Below the pieces are notes generated by a model. The model was not told where the DNA came from, did not search any database, and was given only the letters and a program-made list of their open reading frames with translations. A stretch of 64,000 bases of DNA, taken from the NCBI GenBank assembly GCA_047602425.1, contig JASGHG010000001.1, positions 3,744,001-3,808,000 on the forward strand, read 5' to 3'. This stretch comes from Nibricoccus sp. GTDB lineage: Bacteria > Verrucomicrobiota > Verrucomicrobiia > Opitutales > Opitutaceae. Position numbers and translations under genes: made by a program. Shown one piece after another: positions 48,832 through 58,465 of the stretch (positions are counted from its first letter, which is position 1; every line of letters begins with the position of its first letter).

Positions 48832-49761
48832 TCACTTCACCCCGCTCGCGAGCAACGTTTCGAAGTGCGGCTCGGCGGGTTCCTGGGCGACGGTGGTGAC
48901 TTCGACTTGTTCGAAACCGGCTTTTTTTAGGAAGCCATGCAGCGCGTTTTCTTTGAAACCCAACCAGACGTCCGCATAGAGTTCTCGGGCCTTTTCGAAC
49001 GTGTGGCTCTTTAAATCGAGGACGAGGACCTGGCCACCGGGGCGGAGGATGCGATGGGCTTCGTCGATCGCTTTTTGCGGATGCTGGGCGTGGTGCAGCG
49101 CCTGACTGAGAATCGCGAGGTCCACCGAACCTTCGTCCAGAGGGACGTTTTCGATGTCACCGAGTTTGTAGGCGAGATTGGACAGATTGTTCTTGGCGGC
49201 GAGTTCGGTGCCGACTTCAACCATGCGCGGGGAATTGTCGATGCACCAGACATGAGCGGCGCGGCGGGCGAGGAGTTGCGAGATGAGTCCTTCGCCGGCA
49301 CCGAGGTCAGCGATGGTGATGGCGGGCGTGAGGCGGAGCGCGAGGTGACCAATGGCCTCCCACGACCGACCGGGGCAATAGTTTTTGCCGAGCTTGCCCG
49401 CGATGAGATTGAAATAGGATTCCGACTGCTGACGGCGACGGACGAGAATGCGGTCGAGATTGGCACGGTCTTCGGCGAGTTCAGGCAGGCCGGCGACGGC
49501 GTTGCAGGCGGTGCTGATGAGCAGGTGTTGGTTGGGGTCGAGCTGCGGCGGGATCGAGTAGAAAGCTTTGCGTCCATCGCGGCGGTCAATCACGAGATCG
49601 GCCTGGCGCAAGAGGGCGAGTTGCGACGATATGCGCGACTGGGCCATGCCGAGGATCTCCTGCAACTCGGCGACCGAGAGTTCCTCGTGCAGAAGCAGCG
49701 CTAGCAGGCGCACGCGCGTCGGGTCGGAGAGGACTTTGAGTGTATCCCAGGATGCTTTCAC
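48832..49761 (-). CDS. ArsR-HTH + SAM-methyltransferase-fold regulator (SahR-like)
   Basis: LSDPTRVRLL, ELSVAEL, QSRISSQL; ADLGAGEG; LSQALHH. Confidence 0.88.
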   Translation of the reverse strand: MKASWDTLKVLSDPTRVRLLALLLHEELSVAELQEILGMAQSRISSQLALLRQADLVIDRRDGRKAFYSIPPQLDPNQHLLISTACNAVAGLPELAEDRANLDRILVRRRQQSESYFNLIAGKLGKNYCPGRSWEAIGHLALRLTPAITIADLGAGEGLISQLLARRAAHVWCIDNSPRMVEVGTELAAKNNLSNLAYKLGDIENVPLDEGSVDLAILSQALHHAQHPQKAIDEAHRILRPGGQVLVLDLKSHTFEKARELYADVWLGFKENALHGFLKKAGFEQVEVTTVAQEPAEPHFETLLASGVK

Positions 49762-49831
49762 CGAACCGTACCGTGTCGGGAAGAAGCGGCGGGGTCAATA
49801 AGCGTTCGCGCGGCCCGACCGAGGCCAGCCT

Positions 49832-50458
49832 TCACCGTACTTGCAGCGTCCACTGGCGGGAATTTTGCGAGCCGATCAGGCGGACTTGGTAGGTGCCGGG
49901 CTTAAGCGTGCCGCCGGGGATGGTGACGAGCACGGGGTTGTCGCGGCTGCGGGCGAGCAGTTCGCCGCCGATTTTTTCGAAGCTGGCGACGATGGCGAGG
50001 TCTTCGTTTTTCAAATACACATACGTTTCTTCAACGGTGGATTTTTTGTCGGGCAGCGTGCAGGTGAACTGAAACGCGTAGGGCATCAGCGACGCCACCT
50101 CGGCCGGCGCGGCGACGCTGGAAAAACTTTCGGGCAACGCGGGTTTGTCGATCAACGTTTCGGCGAGTTCAGTGGGAATGCCGCCGGGAATGATTTGATG
50201 CGTGGCGAAGGTATTGCCGAGGCGAGCGGCGGAATTTTTCGGGTCAGCGGGCAGGGAGATGGTCGCGGCGATGCGCTGATAGCCGGCTTCCTGAAGCCGT
50301 TGGACGGTGGCGCGATCCTTGGCGTCCTTGTAGGGTTGGTGGGCGACGCCGGGTTTACGGTAGCGGATTGTGATGAAAGTGTAGCCAACAATGAAAACGA
50401 GGATCGAGATCACGATCCATTTCATGGGCCAAGGTTTCTGATTTGGGCGGGCTGGCAT
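49832..50458 (-). CDS. Hypothetical protein with one N-terminal TM helix
   Basis: PWPMKWIVISILVFIVGYTFITIRYRKP followed by a soluble domain. Confidence 0.75.
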   Translation of the reverse strand: MPARPNQKPWPMKWIVISILVFIVGYTFITIRYRKPGVAHQPYKDAKDRATVQRLQEAGYQRIAATISLPADPKNSAARLGNTFATHQIIPGGIPTELAETLIDKPALPESFSSVAAPAEVASLMPYAFQFTCTLPDKKSTVEETYVYLKNEDLAIVASFEKIGGELLARSRDNPVLVTIPGGTLKPGTYQVRLIGSQNSRQWTLQVR

Positions 50459-50543
50459 GCGCGTCGGGGAGGTAAGGGCGGCGCGGGCTGTGTCGCAAAT
50501 ACATTTGCGCCGGGGCGGAGTGGCTGTTTCGTTGGCCGACTTT

Positions 50544-52310
50544 ATGAAGTATTGGTCGCAGTTTTTCATTCCCACCCTCAAGGAAAGTCCGGCTGACGCC
50601 GAAATCGCTTCGCACAAACTCCTCGTGCGTGCGGGCCTCGTTCGCAAGCTGGGCGGCGGCCTCTACACCTTCATGCCATTCGGCCTTCGCGCGCTGCAAA
50701 AGATCACGCAACTTTGTCGCGAAGAAATGGACCGCGCCGGCGCGATCGAGCTCTGGATGCCGCATGTGCATCCGGTTGAACTTTGGGAACAAGGTCCACG
50801 CTGGGCTGCGGCGCGCGAAATCATGTTCCGCGCCGATACCGCCGGCGCCGGCAAAGGGCGTTCGAAAGAGCCCGAATTTGTTCTTGGCCCGACGCACGAG
50901 GAAATCATCACGCCCCTCGTGAAAACCGAAATCACGAGCTACCGCGATCTGCCGAAGAACTTTTATCAAATTGCCACAAAATTCCGTAACGAGATTCGTC
51001 CGCGCTACGGCCTGATGCGTGCGCGTGAGTTTGTGATGATGGATTCGTACTCCTTCGACACGACCGACGACGGCGCGGTGAAGAGCTACTTCAACATGAA
51101 GGAGGCCTACGAGAAATTCTTCAAACGCGTGGGAGTGCTCTCGATTCCCGTCGAGGCCGACACGGGCGTGATGGGCGGTAGCTTCTCCCATGAATTCATG
51201 GTTCCTGCCGAAGTGGGCGACGACGACATCATCTACTGCGAGGAAAGCGGCTACGCGGCCAACCGCGAAAAAGCCACCAGTGGCCTCGTGCCGAAAGATC
51301 TTACTGACGCGGCGCCGGTTGGCGCGGTCGAGGAGTTCGCCACGCCCGGCGTCGTGACCATCGCGGCGCTCGAAGCGACGCCGTATTCAGTTCCTGGCGA
51401 CAAGCAATTCAAGACCCTCGTCTTCATTGGCGACGGCAAGCCTTTTGTCGTCATTCTTCGCGGCAGCGACGAACTCGAGGAAGCCAAACTCGGCTCGCTT
51501 GGCTTCACTCTGTTCCGTCCGGCCACGCCGGAAGAGATCGAACCCGTCCTCGGCGCCAAACCTGGCAGCCTCGGCGCGGTCAATGGCACGATCAAAAATC
51601 CGTCCGCGCTCGCCGGCATTTTCGCCGATCACGCCATCCGCCTTGTCGGCAACGGCACGACCGGCGCCAACAAAGACGGTTTCCACCTGCGCAACGTCAA
51701 CGTCACGCGTGACCTCGCGATCACGAAGTTTGGCGATTTCCGGCGCGTGCGCGCGGGCGAACCCTGCCCGAAATCCGGCCAGCCGCTCAAGGTCCGCCGC
51801 GGCATCGAGGTCGGCCACATTTTCAAACTCGGCACGAAATACTCCGAGAAGTTCGAAGCCGTTTTCACGGACGATCAAAAGCAGTCGCACCTCATGGTCA
51901 TGGGCTGCTACGGCATCGGTATCAGCCGCACCATGCAGGCCGTGATCGAGCAAAGCCACGATAACGACGGCATCATCTGGCCGTGGAATGTCGCACCTTT
52001 CCACGTGCTCGTCTGTTTGCTTGATCCGCAGCTGCCCGAAGCCGCCGAACTCGCGAAAAAGATCGGTGCCGCCGCTGAAAAGGCCGGTGCGGACGTGCTG
52101 ATCGACGATCGCGTCGAGCGCCCAGGCGTAAAATTCAAGGACGCCGACCTCATTGGCGTCCCGCTGCGCATCACGATCGGTGGCAAAGGTCTCAAGGAAG
52201 GCGTCATCGAAATGAAATGGCGCAACCAAAAAGACATCGCCAAGATCGCCGTGGCCGAAGCCGAAGCGAAGATCGCCGCCGCCGTGACCGAAGCCGCCGC
52301 CAAGGCCTGA
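50544..52310 (+). CDS. proS: Proline--tRNA ligase with insertion (editing) domain
   Basis: PTLKESPADAE, LGPTHEE, KFRNEIRPRYGLMRAREF, GIEVGHIFKLGTKYS and MGCYGIG motifs. Confidence 0.97.
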   Translation: MKYWSQFFIPTLKESPADAEIASHKLLVRAGLVRKLGGGLYTFMPFGLRALQKITQLCREEMDRAGAIELWMPHVHPVELWEQGPRWAAAREIMFRADTAGAGKGRSKEPEFVLGPTHEEIITPLVKTEITSYRDLPKNFYQIATKFRNEIRPRYGLMRAREFVMMDSYSFDTTDDGAVKSYFNMKEAYEKFFKRVGVLSIPVEADTGVMGGSFSHEFMVPAEVGDDDIIYCEESGYAANREKATSGLVPKDLTDAAPVGAVEEFATPGVVTIAALEATPYSVPGDKQFKTLVFIGDGKPFVVILRGSDELEEAKLGSLGFTLFRPATPEEIEPVLGAKPGSLGAVNGTIKNPSALAGIFADHAIRLVGNGTTGANKDGFHLRNVNVTRDLAITKFGDFRRVRAGEPCPKSGQPLKVRRGIEVGHIFKLGTKYSEKFEAVFTDDQKQSHLMVMGCYGIGISRTMQAVIEQSHDNDGIIWPWNVAPFHVLVCLLDPQLPEAAELAKKIGAAAEKAGADVLIDDRVERPGVKFKDADLIGVPLRITIGGKGLKEGVIEMKWRNQKDIAKIAVAEAEAKIAAAVTEAAAKA

Positions 52311-52331
52311 TAAAACTGACTCTCTGAAGAG

Positions 52332-52448
52332 TAACCACTTATTGTCACTGAAGGTCACTAATGCATGTGCCCTGGACCGAGTTTCCACATGCCTCGCCGC
52401 TGTTTTATTTCCTTTGTATCAGTGTCTATCAGTGAACATCAGTGGTTA
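52332..52448. repeat. Gene-less inverted pair of 10-nt periodic CACTDAT arrays
   Basis: TAACCACTTATTGTCACTGAAGGTCACTAAT vs reverse complement TAACCACTGATGTTCACTGATAGACACTGAT. Confidence 0.8.
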
Positions 52449-52473
52449 AAGAATAGTTTGTAGAATAAATCGC

Positions 52474-52779
52474 GTGCCCGAAAATCCGAACACATCGCCG
52501 ACACCTGTTGCGCATCCAGAGACCGAGCTTGAGCTGCATGGTCTCTGGAAAGTGGTTGTGCTGAATGATCCGGTGAACCTCATGTCTTACGTCGTGATGG
52601 TTTTCCGCAAAGTCTTCGGTTTCGATGAGCCAACGGCACGCAAACACATGATGGAAGTGCATGAGCAAGGTCGTTCGGTCGTGTGGACGGGCCTGCGCGA
52701 AAAAGCCGAGGCCTACGCCTTCACGCTGCACCAGTGGCACCTCACCGCGATCATCGAGCCCGACGAGGCGACGCACTGA
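52474..52779 (+). CDS. clpS: ATP-dependent Clp protease adaptor
   Basis: WKVVVLNDPVNLMSYV...MMEVHEQGRSVV. Confidence 0.9.
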   Translation: MPENPNTSPTPVAHPETELELHGLWKVVVLNDPVNLMSYVVMVFRKVFGFDEPTARKHMMEVHEQGRSVVWTGLREKAEAYAFTLHQWHLTAIIEPDEATH

Positions 52780-52801
52780 CGCTCACGAGGTTTGTTTCCG
52801 A

Positions 52802-52827
52802 GGTGGAGCGCGCCGTTCCGGCGCGCT
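52802..52827 (+). repeat. Single GTGG-headed REP-like palindrome
   Basis: GGTGGAGCGCGCCGTTCCGGCGCGCT; same head and stem ends as the 39658..39733 doublet. Confidence 0.6.
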
Positions 52828-52849
52828 GTTCGGATTCGATCTTTTTTTT

Positions 52850-53067
52850 ACCGCTAATGGAGTTTCCTCAAAGAGGAAACTTACTTGGTGTGCTTCGCCT
52901 AATCGGCTCAGCCAACCTGTTAAGGGGCCGGCTGATCGCAAGCCGGTTTGAAAATGGATGTATTACTCACCCGGTCTGCGATTAGCAGACCCCGCAACTT
53001 ACTCCGTAGGCGATCAGCCGGAGGGGATCTCTAAAGTTTTCCCCATTGGGAAAACTCCATTAGCGGT
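52850..53067. mobile_element. MITE-like non-coding element with ACCGCTAATGGAGTTT terminal inverted repeats
   Basis: ACCGCTAATGGAGTTTCCTCAAAGAGGAAACTT vs reverse complement ACCGCTAATGGAGTTTTCCCAATGGGGAAAACTT; inner GGCTGATCGC/GCGATCAGCC pair. Confidence 0.6.
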
Positions 53068-53089
53068 TCCAAAAACGGATCGAAAAAAA

Positions 53090-53815
53090 CTACGTCTCAC
53101 CGGCCGGTTTGCGCAGATATTTGGTTCGCCGCGCGCCGCTGGTGCCGGTGGGTTTGCGTCTTTGCTTTGGTTCGCTGTAGGGTTTTCTTCGATACCCGGC
53201 TTTGTTCGGATCGCACGCGCAGCGGATTTGGTGGTCCTGCATGCGCTTGAAAATGCCGAGCAGTTGCTCCGGCAACACATACTGATCGAGTCCGGACTTC
53301 TCCAGACTGAGCAAGAGCTCATGGCATGCCTCCAAGGTCGAGAGGCAGCCATCCTGCGGTTGTTGTTTGATCACGTAGCGACTGGGCGCGGTGGGTGTGA
53401 ACATCACGCGCGGCAGGCGTTGCAGACTCGGGCTGAGTTTCAGCATTTTCCGCGCACCGCTCCACGTGGCGTCCAGAATGAAAACGGTCAGCCGACGTCC
53501 GCCGAGATCGCCGATAGTGAGTTCGCCTTGTGAAAGATTCTTTGCCTCGGTGCCGGGGTAGAGGAGCACGGGAAAATTCACCGGATCGCGGATAAGCTCC
53601 TGCACGGTCTCGTCGTTGTCGAAACCGACACCCATAACGATCTCGCTGTTCTTGAGACAGAGGTGCGTGAGGCGGCCGGTATTGGCTTTCTCCTCCTTGA
53701 ATTCCTTCGGATGCATCAAAAACACGAAGCGTGTCTTTGTCTCAATCGGTTGGATCGATTCGCACCAGCAAAGAGGCTTCGGCCAGAAGCAGCGATAGCA
53801 CATCACGCGACTCAT
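53090..53815 (-). CDS. DTW-domain tRNA-uridine aminocarboxypropyltransferase
   Basis: CYRC....LCWC, HPKE, NTGRL, LLYP, ILDATW..ARKM and CLSTLEA motifs. Confidence 0.9.
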   Translation of the reverse strand: MSRVMCYRCFWPKPLCWCESIQPIETKTRFVFLMHPKEFKEEKANTGRLTHLCLKNSEIVMGVGFDNDETVQELIRDPVNFPVLLYPGTEAKNLSQGELTIGDLGGRRLTVFILDATWSGARKMLKLSPSLQRLPRVMFTPTAPSRYVIKQQPQDGCLSTLEACHELLLSLEKSGLDQYVLPEQLLGIFKRMQDHQIRCACDPNKAGYRRKPYSEPKQRRKPTGTSGARRTKYLRKPAGET

Positions 53816-53829
53816 GGGCGGAGGGAATG

Positions 53830-53897
53830 GCCACAAAAAGCACAGAAGGCGCAGAAGAGCTTTATTATGTGCATAGGCCGTTTGTGCTTTTTGTGGC
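53830..53897. repeat. Inverted pair of 9-nt periodic CACARAA arrays
   Basis: GCCACAAAAAGCACAGAAGGCGCAGAA ... TTTGTGCTTTTTGTGGC; 15 bp perfect inverted match. Confidence 0.75.
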
Positions 53898-53913
53898 AAA
53901 AATTTCTGCGGAC

Positions 53914-54849
53914 TCAAATCGCCTCGTCGGCGACGCCCCAACGGAGATTGTAGAGCGAGTTCACGAACTCTTTGATGCCGCCAAATTCGGCGAGCGCGAT
54001 GAAGGTCGCGAGCGCGGCGGGCATCACATCAGCGCGGCCGAAGGGAACGCCGGGGATTTTGCGTCGCGTGTCGAGATCGACGGAACCGACGAGTTGAAGA
54101 AGTTCGCGCAGTTGAGCGACCGTGATCGTGGGGCCGATGTCTTCGAGCTCTTTGCCTTCACGGGCGGCGAGAATGACGCGGGCGGTCGTAAGCGTGCCGC
54201 CGGTGCCGATCGTGATGGCGCCCGGGGGTAGATCGAAGGCAAAACCGTTTTTCGCGAGCTTCTCCTTGGTTAATTCGCTCACGCGCAGGCGGGCTTCGTC
54301 GGTGAAAGGTTGCGTCGGATCGGCAACGCAACGCTCGGTCAAACGCACGCAGCCGAGCTGGAAACTTTGGGCTTGGCGGATGGTACGGTTTTGAAAAGAC
54401 AGACATTCGAGGCTGCCTCCGCCGAGGTCGAAGAGATAGAAGTTTTGCAGGCCGGCGAGCGCGGGATCGCAGGTGAGGCCGCGCCCAATGAGATTGGCTT
54501 CTTCGTCGCCGCTGAGGATGCGCACGCTATAGCCGGTTTTGTCGAAAATCTGCTGGCGAAAAATTGCACCATTTGTGGCGTCGCGCACGGCGCTGGTGGC
54601 GACGAGGATGGTTTTAGCCGGAGTGAAATTTGCGGCATCGGCGAGCAGTTCTTTGACGGCGGCGAGTCCGCGGGCCATGCCTTCGTCGCTAAGTCGTGGT
54701 TCGGCTTTGCTAATGCCGGCGCTGATGCGGGCATCGAGGGTTTTGTAGAAAAGCGAAGTCAGCCCGCCGGTGCTCGTGCGTTGGGCGACGAGGATCTTGA
54801 TCGAGTTGCTGCCAATATCGATGACGGCGACGGACGGGAATGCGTTCAC
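53914..54849 (-). CDS. Ppx/GppA-family phosphatase
   Basis: AVIDIGSNS, ATSAVRDATN, LSGDEEA, DLGGGSLE, LGCVRLTE and RADV motifs. Confidence 0.9.
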   Translation of the reverse strand: MNAFPSVAVIDIGSNSIKILVAQRTSTGGLTSLFYKTLDARISAGISKAEPRLSDEGMARGLAAVKELLADAANFTPAKTILVATSAVRDATNGAIFRQQIFDKTGYSVRILSGDEEANLIGRGLTCDPALAGLQNFYLFDLGGGSLECLSFQNRTIRQAQSFQLGCVRLTERCVADPTQPFTDEARLRVSELTKEKLAKNGFAFDLPPGAITIGTGGTLTTARVILAAREGKELEDIGPTITVAQLRELLQLVGSVDLDTRRKIPGVPFGRADVMPAALATFIALAEFGGIKEFVNSLYNLRWGVADEAI

Positions 54850-54856
54850 GGAAAAA

Positions 54857-56140
54857 TCACAGGGCCTTGATTGCGTCGGCGAGGACCTCGCAGGCTTTGG
54901 TGATGGCGGGGCCATCGTGGGCGGTGCTGAGAAAGGCGGCCTCGTAGGCGCTCGGCGCGAGGTAGACGCCTTGGTCGAGGCAGAGGCGGAAAAGGCGGGC
55001 GAAAAGTTTGGCGTCGCCTTTAAGCGCGGTGGCGTAGTCGCGGACCGGCGTATCCGTGAAGAAAATACTGAACATCGAACCGCATTGTGGAACTTGCACA
55101 GGAATCCCCTTGGCCTGCGCGGCGGCCACGACGGTGCCCTTGATCTGCTGGCCAAGAATATCAAGGCGGCCGTAGGGATTTCCCTCGTCGAGCAATTTGA
55201 GTGCGGCGATGCCGGCGGCCATTGCGAGCGGGTTGCCGCTGAGCGTGCCGGCCTGGTAAACGGGTCCGAGCGGTGCGAGGCAGTTCATGATATCGGCGCG
55301 TCCACCAAAGGCGCCAACGGGCAGGCCGCCGCCAATGATTTTTCCTAAACAGGTCAAATCGGGAACGATGCCTTCGCGCTCCTGCACGCCGCCTTTGGCG
55401 ATGCGGAAACCGGTCATGACTTCGTCGAAAATGAGAACCGTCCCGTGCTTGGCGGTGATCTCACGGAGGAACGCGAGGTAACCGGCATCGGGCATGATGA
55501 ACCCGACGTTGCCACAGTAGGGCTCGATGATTACGCCGGCGATTTGGCCGGGATTCGCAGCGAAGGCGGCCTCGAGTGCGGCGCGATCGTTGTAGGGGAG
55601 GACAACGGTTTCCTGGGCGAACGAGGCGGGCACACCGGCGCTGTCCGGACTACCATGGGTGAGCGCTCCCGAACCAGCTTTGATCAGCAATGAATCCGAG
55701 TGGCCATGGTAGCAGCCGGCGAATTTCACGATTTTGTCGCGCTTGGTGAAGCCACGGGCGAGGCGGATAGCCGACATCGTGGCTTCGGTACCGCTGTTGC
55801 ACATGCGGACCTTTTGGATTGATGGAAAAAACTTTATGATGAGCTCGGCCATCTCGACTTCGTAGGGATTGGGCGTGCCGAAGCTCGTGCCGTTTTCGAG
55901 CGCGGTGGCGATGGCCTTTTTGATCGCGGGGTGGTTGTGGCCGTGAATGGCGGGGCCCCAGGTGCAGACGAAGTCGACGAGGACTTGGTTGTCGCTCGTA
56001 ATGAGTGTGGCGCCGCGTGCGGCCTTGACGAAAAACGGTGCGCCACCGACGGAGCGGAAAGCGCGGACGGGCGAATTCACGCCGCCAGGAATAAGCTGCT
56101 GGGCGCGGGCAAAAAGTTGTTCGGAGGTTGAGGAAGACAT
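54857..56140 (-). CDS. hemL: Glutamate-1-semialdehyde 2,1-aminomutase
   Basis: [42 protein letters not shown] and [10 protein letters not shown] motifs. Confidence 0.97.
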   Translation of the reverse strand: MSSSTSEQLFARAQQLIPGGVNSPVRAFRSVGGAPFFVKAARGATLITSDNQVLVDFVCTWGPAIHGHNHPAIKKAIATALENGTSFGTPNPYEVEMAELIIKFFPSIQKVRMCNSGTEATMSAIRLARGFTKRDKIVKFAGCYHGHSDSLLIKAGSGALTHGSPDSAGVPASFAQETVVLPYNDRAALEAAFAANPGQIAGVIIEPYCGNVGFIMPDAGYLAFLREITAKHGTVLIFDEVMTGFRIAKGGVQEREGIVPDLTCLGKIIGGGLPVGAFGGRADIMNCLAPLGPVYQAGTLSGNPLAMAAGIAALKLLDEGNPYGRLDILGQQIKGTVVAAAQAKGIPVQVPQCGSMFSIFFTDTPVRDYATALKGDAKLFARLFRLCLDQGVYLAPSAYEAAFLSTAHDGPAITKACEVLADAIKAL

Positions 56141-56150
56141 GACGGATATT

Positions 56151-56610
56151 TTTTTAACCGCTAATTTTCGCTAATGGGCGCTAATTCAGACAGGAGAGCG
56201 AGTGTTGACGAAACGTTTCCATTGGAGCGAAGGAAACGCGGCAAAGTTGATGAGGTAACCGACGGACTTGCGGGTGACTCGGAGGTAATTGAGGAGTTGT
56301 GCCTCGTGTTCTTCGGCGAGTGTTTTGACGGCTTTGAATTCAACGACGACTTCATCAGCAATGAACAGGTCGGGACGCAAACGCTTTGTGAGAGGTTGGC
56401 CCTTGTAGAAAACAACAAGTTCGGATTGGGCAGCGAACGGAATGTTTCTCGCATTTAATGCGCGCTCCATGCTCTCCTGATAAATTTCCTCGGATAGACC
56501 GCCGCCCAGATCATTGTACACATCGAAAGCAGCGGCCATAATGTCATACCCGAGCTGTGCGAGTGGCTTGTCTGAATTAGCGTTCATTAGCGAAAATTAG
56601 CGGTTAAAAA
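56151..56610. mobile_element. Putative GxxExxY cassette bounded by 42-bp inverted repeats
   Basis: 56151..56192 TTTTTAACCGCTAATTTTCGCTAATGGGCGCTAATTCAGACA matches the reverse complement of 56569..56610 at 40/42 positions. Confidence 0.75.
56186..56587 (-). CDS. GxxExxY-family protein (PD-(D/E)xK nuclease-like)
   Basis: GLSEEIY, RPDLFI...VEFKAV, HEAQLLNYL and GYLINF motifs. Confidence 0.92.
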   Translation of the reverse strand: MNANSDKPLAQLGYDIMAAAFDVYNDLGGGLSEEIYQESMERALNARNIPFAAQSELVVFYKGQPLTKRLRPDLFIADEVVVEFKAVKTLAEEHEAQLLNYLRVTRKSVGYLINFAAFPSLQWKRFVNTRSPV

Positions 56611-56629
56611 CGGTTTATTTTCCGTTAAC

Positions 56630-58336
56630 TTAGCTCACGTATTTTTGGACGATGGGGATGCGGCGGCCGACGCCGAAGGCGAGGGGGGTGGTTTTCAGGC
56701 CGGGGGCCATTTGCTTGCGCTTGTATTCATTGAGGTCGACCTTGCGAATGATGTCGCTGACGACTGGTTCGGCGAAACCTTGCGCGATCAAGTCACGGCG
56801 GGAGAGGCCTTCTTCGACGTAGCCTTTGAGGATTGCGTCGAGCACGTCGTAGGGCGGCAGGCTGTCCTGGTCGACCTGGCCGGGGCGGAGTTCGGCGGAC
56901 GGCGGTTTTTCGATCGTGTTGAGCGGTATGATTTCGCGGTTGCGATTGATCCAGCGCGAGAGGGCGTAGATCTGCGTTTTGAAAACGTCGGAAATGACGG
57001 CGAGGCCGCCGCACATGTCGCCGTAAAGCGTGCAATAGCCGACTGCGACTTCACTCTTGTTGCCGGTGGTGAGGAGAAGCGAGCCGAACTTGTTGGACAG
57101 AGCCATCATGATGACGCCGCGCACGCGGGCCTGGATGTTTTCCTCGGTGACGTCGGGTTTGCGACCGGCAAAGATCGGACCGAGCGCGGTCTCGGCAGCG
57201 GCTACGACATCGGCGATGGCGATGGTTTCGAAACGAATGCCGAGGGTTTTCGCGAGAACGCGGGCGTCGTCTTTCGAGTGTTGCGACGAGATCGCGGAGG
57301 GCAGGGAAACGCCGATGACATTTTCCGGGCCGAAGGCTTCGGCGGCGAGCACAGCAACGACCGCAGAGTCGATGCCGCCGGAAAGCGCGATGAGCGCGCG
57401 CTTAAAACCGGATTTGAACGCGTAGTCGCGCAAGCCGAGCACGAGGGCGGCGTACACATCGGCGGAGGGATCGGAGGGTGGTAGGGACGACCCGCCGGGT
57501 CGTCCGTCAACGTCATCTGCGGGTAAGTTACGCGCGACCGGACGGCCCGGCGGTTCGTCCCTACCTTCGGAAAAACTCACATCGACGATGCGCAACTCTT
57601 CGGCAAACGCGGCGAGGCGGGCAATGACGTTGCCCGACGCATCGGCAACGAGTGAGCGGCCGTCGAAGATCAACTCGTCGTTACCGCCAATCGCATTGCA
57701 ATATACAAGTGGACAGCCGAGGGTGCGGACGCTGTCGATAACGAGTTGTTCGCGTATGTCGCTTTTGCTGTAATGCCAAGGGCTGGCGGAGAGATTGATG
57801 ACGAGATCGACGCTTTTGGCGGCGAGGCTGGCAACGGGATTGGCGCGGTAAAGGCGTCCGGTGTCGATTGCGGGGTTTTTCCAAATATCCTCGCAAATGG
57901 TGAGCCCGATTTTTTTACCGCCGAAATTGACGATGGCGGGCTCGCGGGCGGCTTCGAAATACCGATCTTCGTCGAACACGTCATAGGTCGGCAGCAGGCA
58001 TTTGCGGCCGATCACGGCGATCTCGCCGCGTTGGCAGAAGGCGGCGGCATTGAACCAGCGGCGGCCTTCGGCGGAGGGGTTCGTTTCGACGAAGCCGATC
58101 ACGGCGGGCACTTCGCCGATTTCGACGGCGATTTCGGTGAGCGATTCCTCGTTGTCGGAGACGAAGCGTTTTTTGAACAACAGATCGCGGGGCGGATAGC
58201 CGCAGACAATCAGCTCGGGAAACACGACGAGTTCAGCGCCTTGAGCGACGAGCGTGCGGTAGGCGTCGAGGATTTTGCGGCGATTGCCGGCGAGGTCACC
58301 GACGGTCGAGTTGAGCTGGGCGAGTCCGATGCGCAT
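56630..58336 (-). CDS. nadE: Glutamine-dependent NAD+ synthetase
   Basis: Nitrilase domain (FPEL..GYPP, K..LPTY.VFDE, TICEDIW) plus synthetase domain ([27 protein letters not shown]); start ATG 58336. Confidence 0.96.
   Translation of the reverse strand: MRIGLAQLNSTVGDLAGNRRKILDAYRTLVAQGAELVVFPELIVCGYPPRDLLFKKRFVSDNEESLTEIAVEIGEVPAVIGFVETNPSAEGRRWFNAAAFCQRGEIAVIGRKCLLPTYDVFDEDRYFEAAREPAIVNFGGKKIGLTICEDIWKNPAIDTGRLYRANPVASLAAKSVDLVINLSASPWHYSKSDIREQLVIDSVRTLGCPLVYCNAIGGNDELIFDGRSLVADASGNVIARLAAFAEELRIVDVSFSEGRDEPPGRPVARNLPADDVDGRPGGSSLPPSDPSADVYAALVLGLRDYAFKSGFKRALIALSGGIDSAVVAVLAAEAFGPENVIGVSLPSAISSQHSKDDARVLAKTLGIRFETIAIADVVAAAETALGPIFAGRKPDVTEENIQARVRGVIMMALSNKFGSLLLTTGNKSEVAVGYCTLYGDMCGGLAVISDVFKTQIYALSRWINRNREIIPLNTIEKPPSAELRPGQVDQDSLPPYDVLDAILKGYVEEGLSRRDLIAQGFAEPVVSDIIRKVDLNEYKRKQMAPGLKTTPLAFGVGRRIPIVQKYVS
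57480..57565. repeat. GTAG-type REP doublet (REPIN-like) in frame inside nadE
   Basis: GGTAGGGACGACCCGCCGGGTCGTCCG vs reverse complement GGTAGGGACGAACCGCCGGGCCGTCCG (2 mismatches). Confidence 0.85.
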
Positions 58337-58465
58337 GAGAAAGGCATCACGGTGAACGGCTTTCCGGGGGCTGACAACTCGCAAGGCATCGACCCGGCTC
58401 GCGGGGATGTATGCCTCACCGGGGCCGCAGGAACCCTCCGAGATTGTCTCCCGTAAAATGACCAG

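Noticed and set aside
53914..55164. Extended ORF-track starts for ppx (also sigZ, arsR, proS, batA, DTW, pyrH)
   Set aside because: The extensions overlap neighbouring genes or repeats and lack family similarity; downstream starts were chosen.
56151..56610. Classical IS element
   Set aside because: The enclosed 133-aa ORF has no DDE, HUH or recombinase motifs and no target duplication is visible; kept as a non-classical candidate instead.
58345..58455. Possible NAD-sensing riboswitch upstream of nadE
   Set aside because: Some pairing potential exists, but I recognise no known motif, and a TTGTCA-N17-CACCGT promoter-like site lies just upstream of the ATG, which would leave the structure outside the leader.
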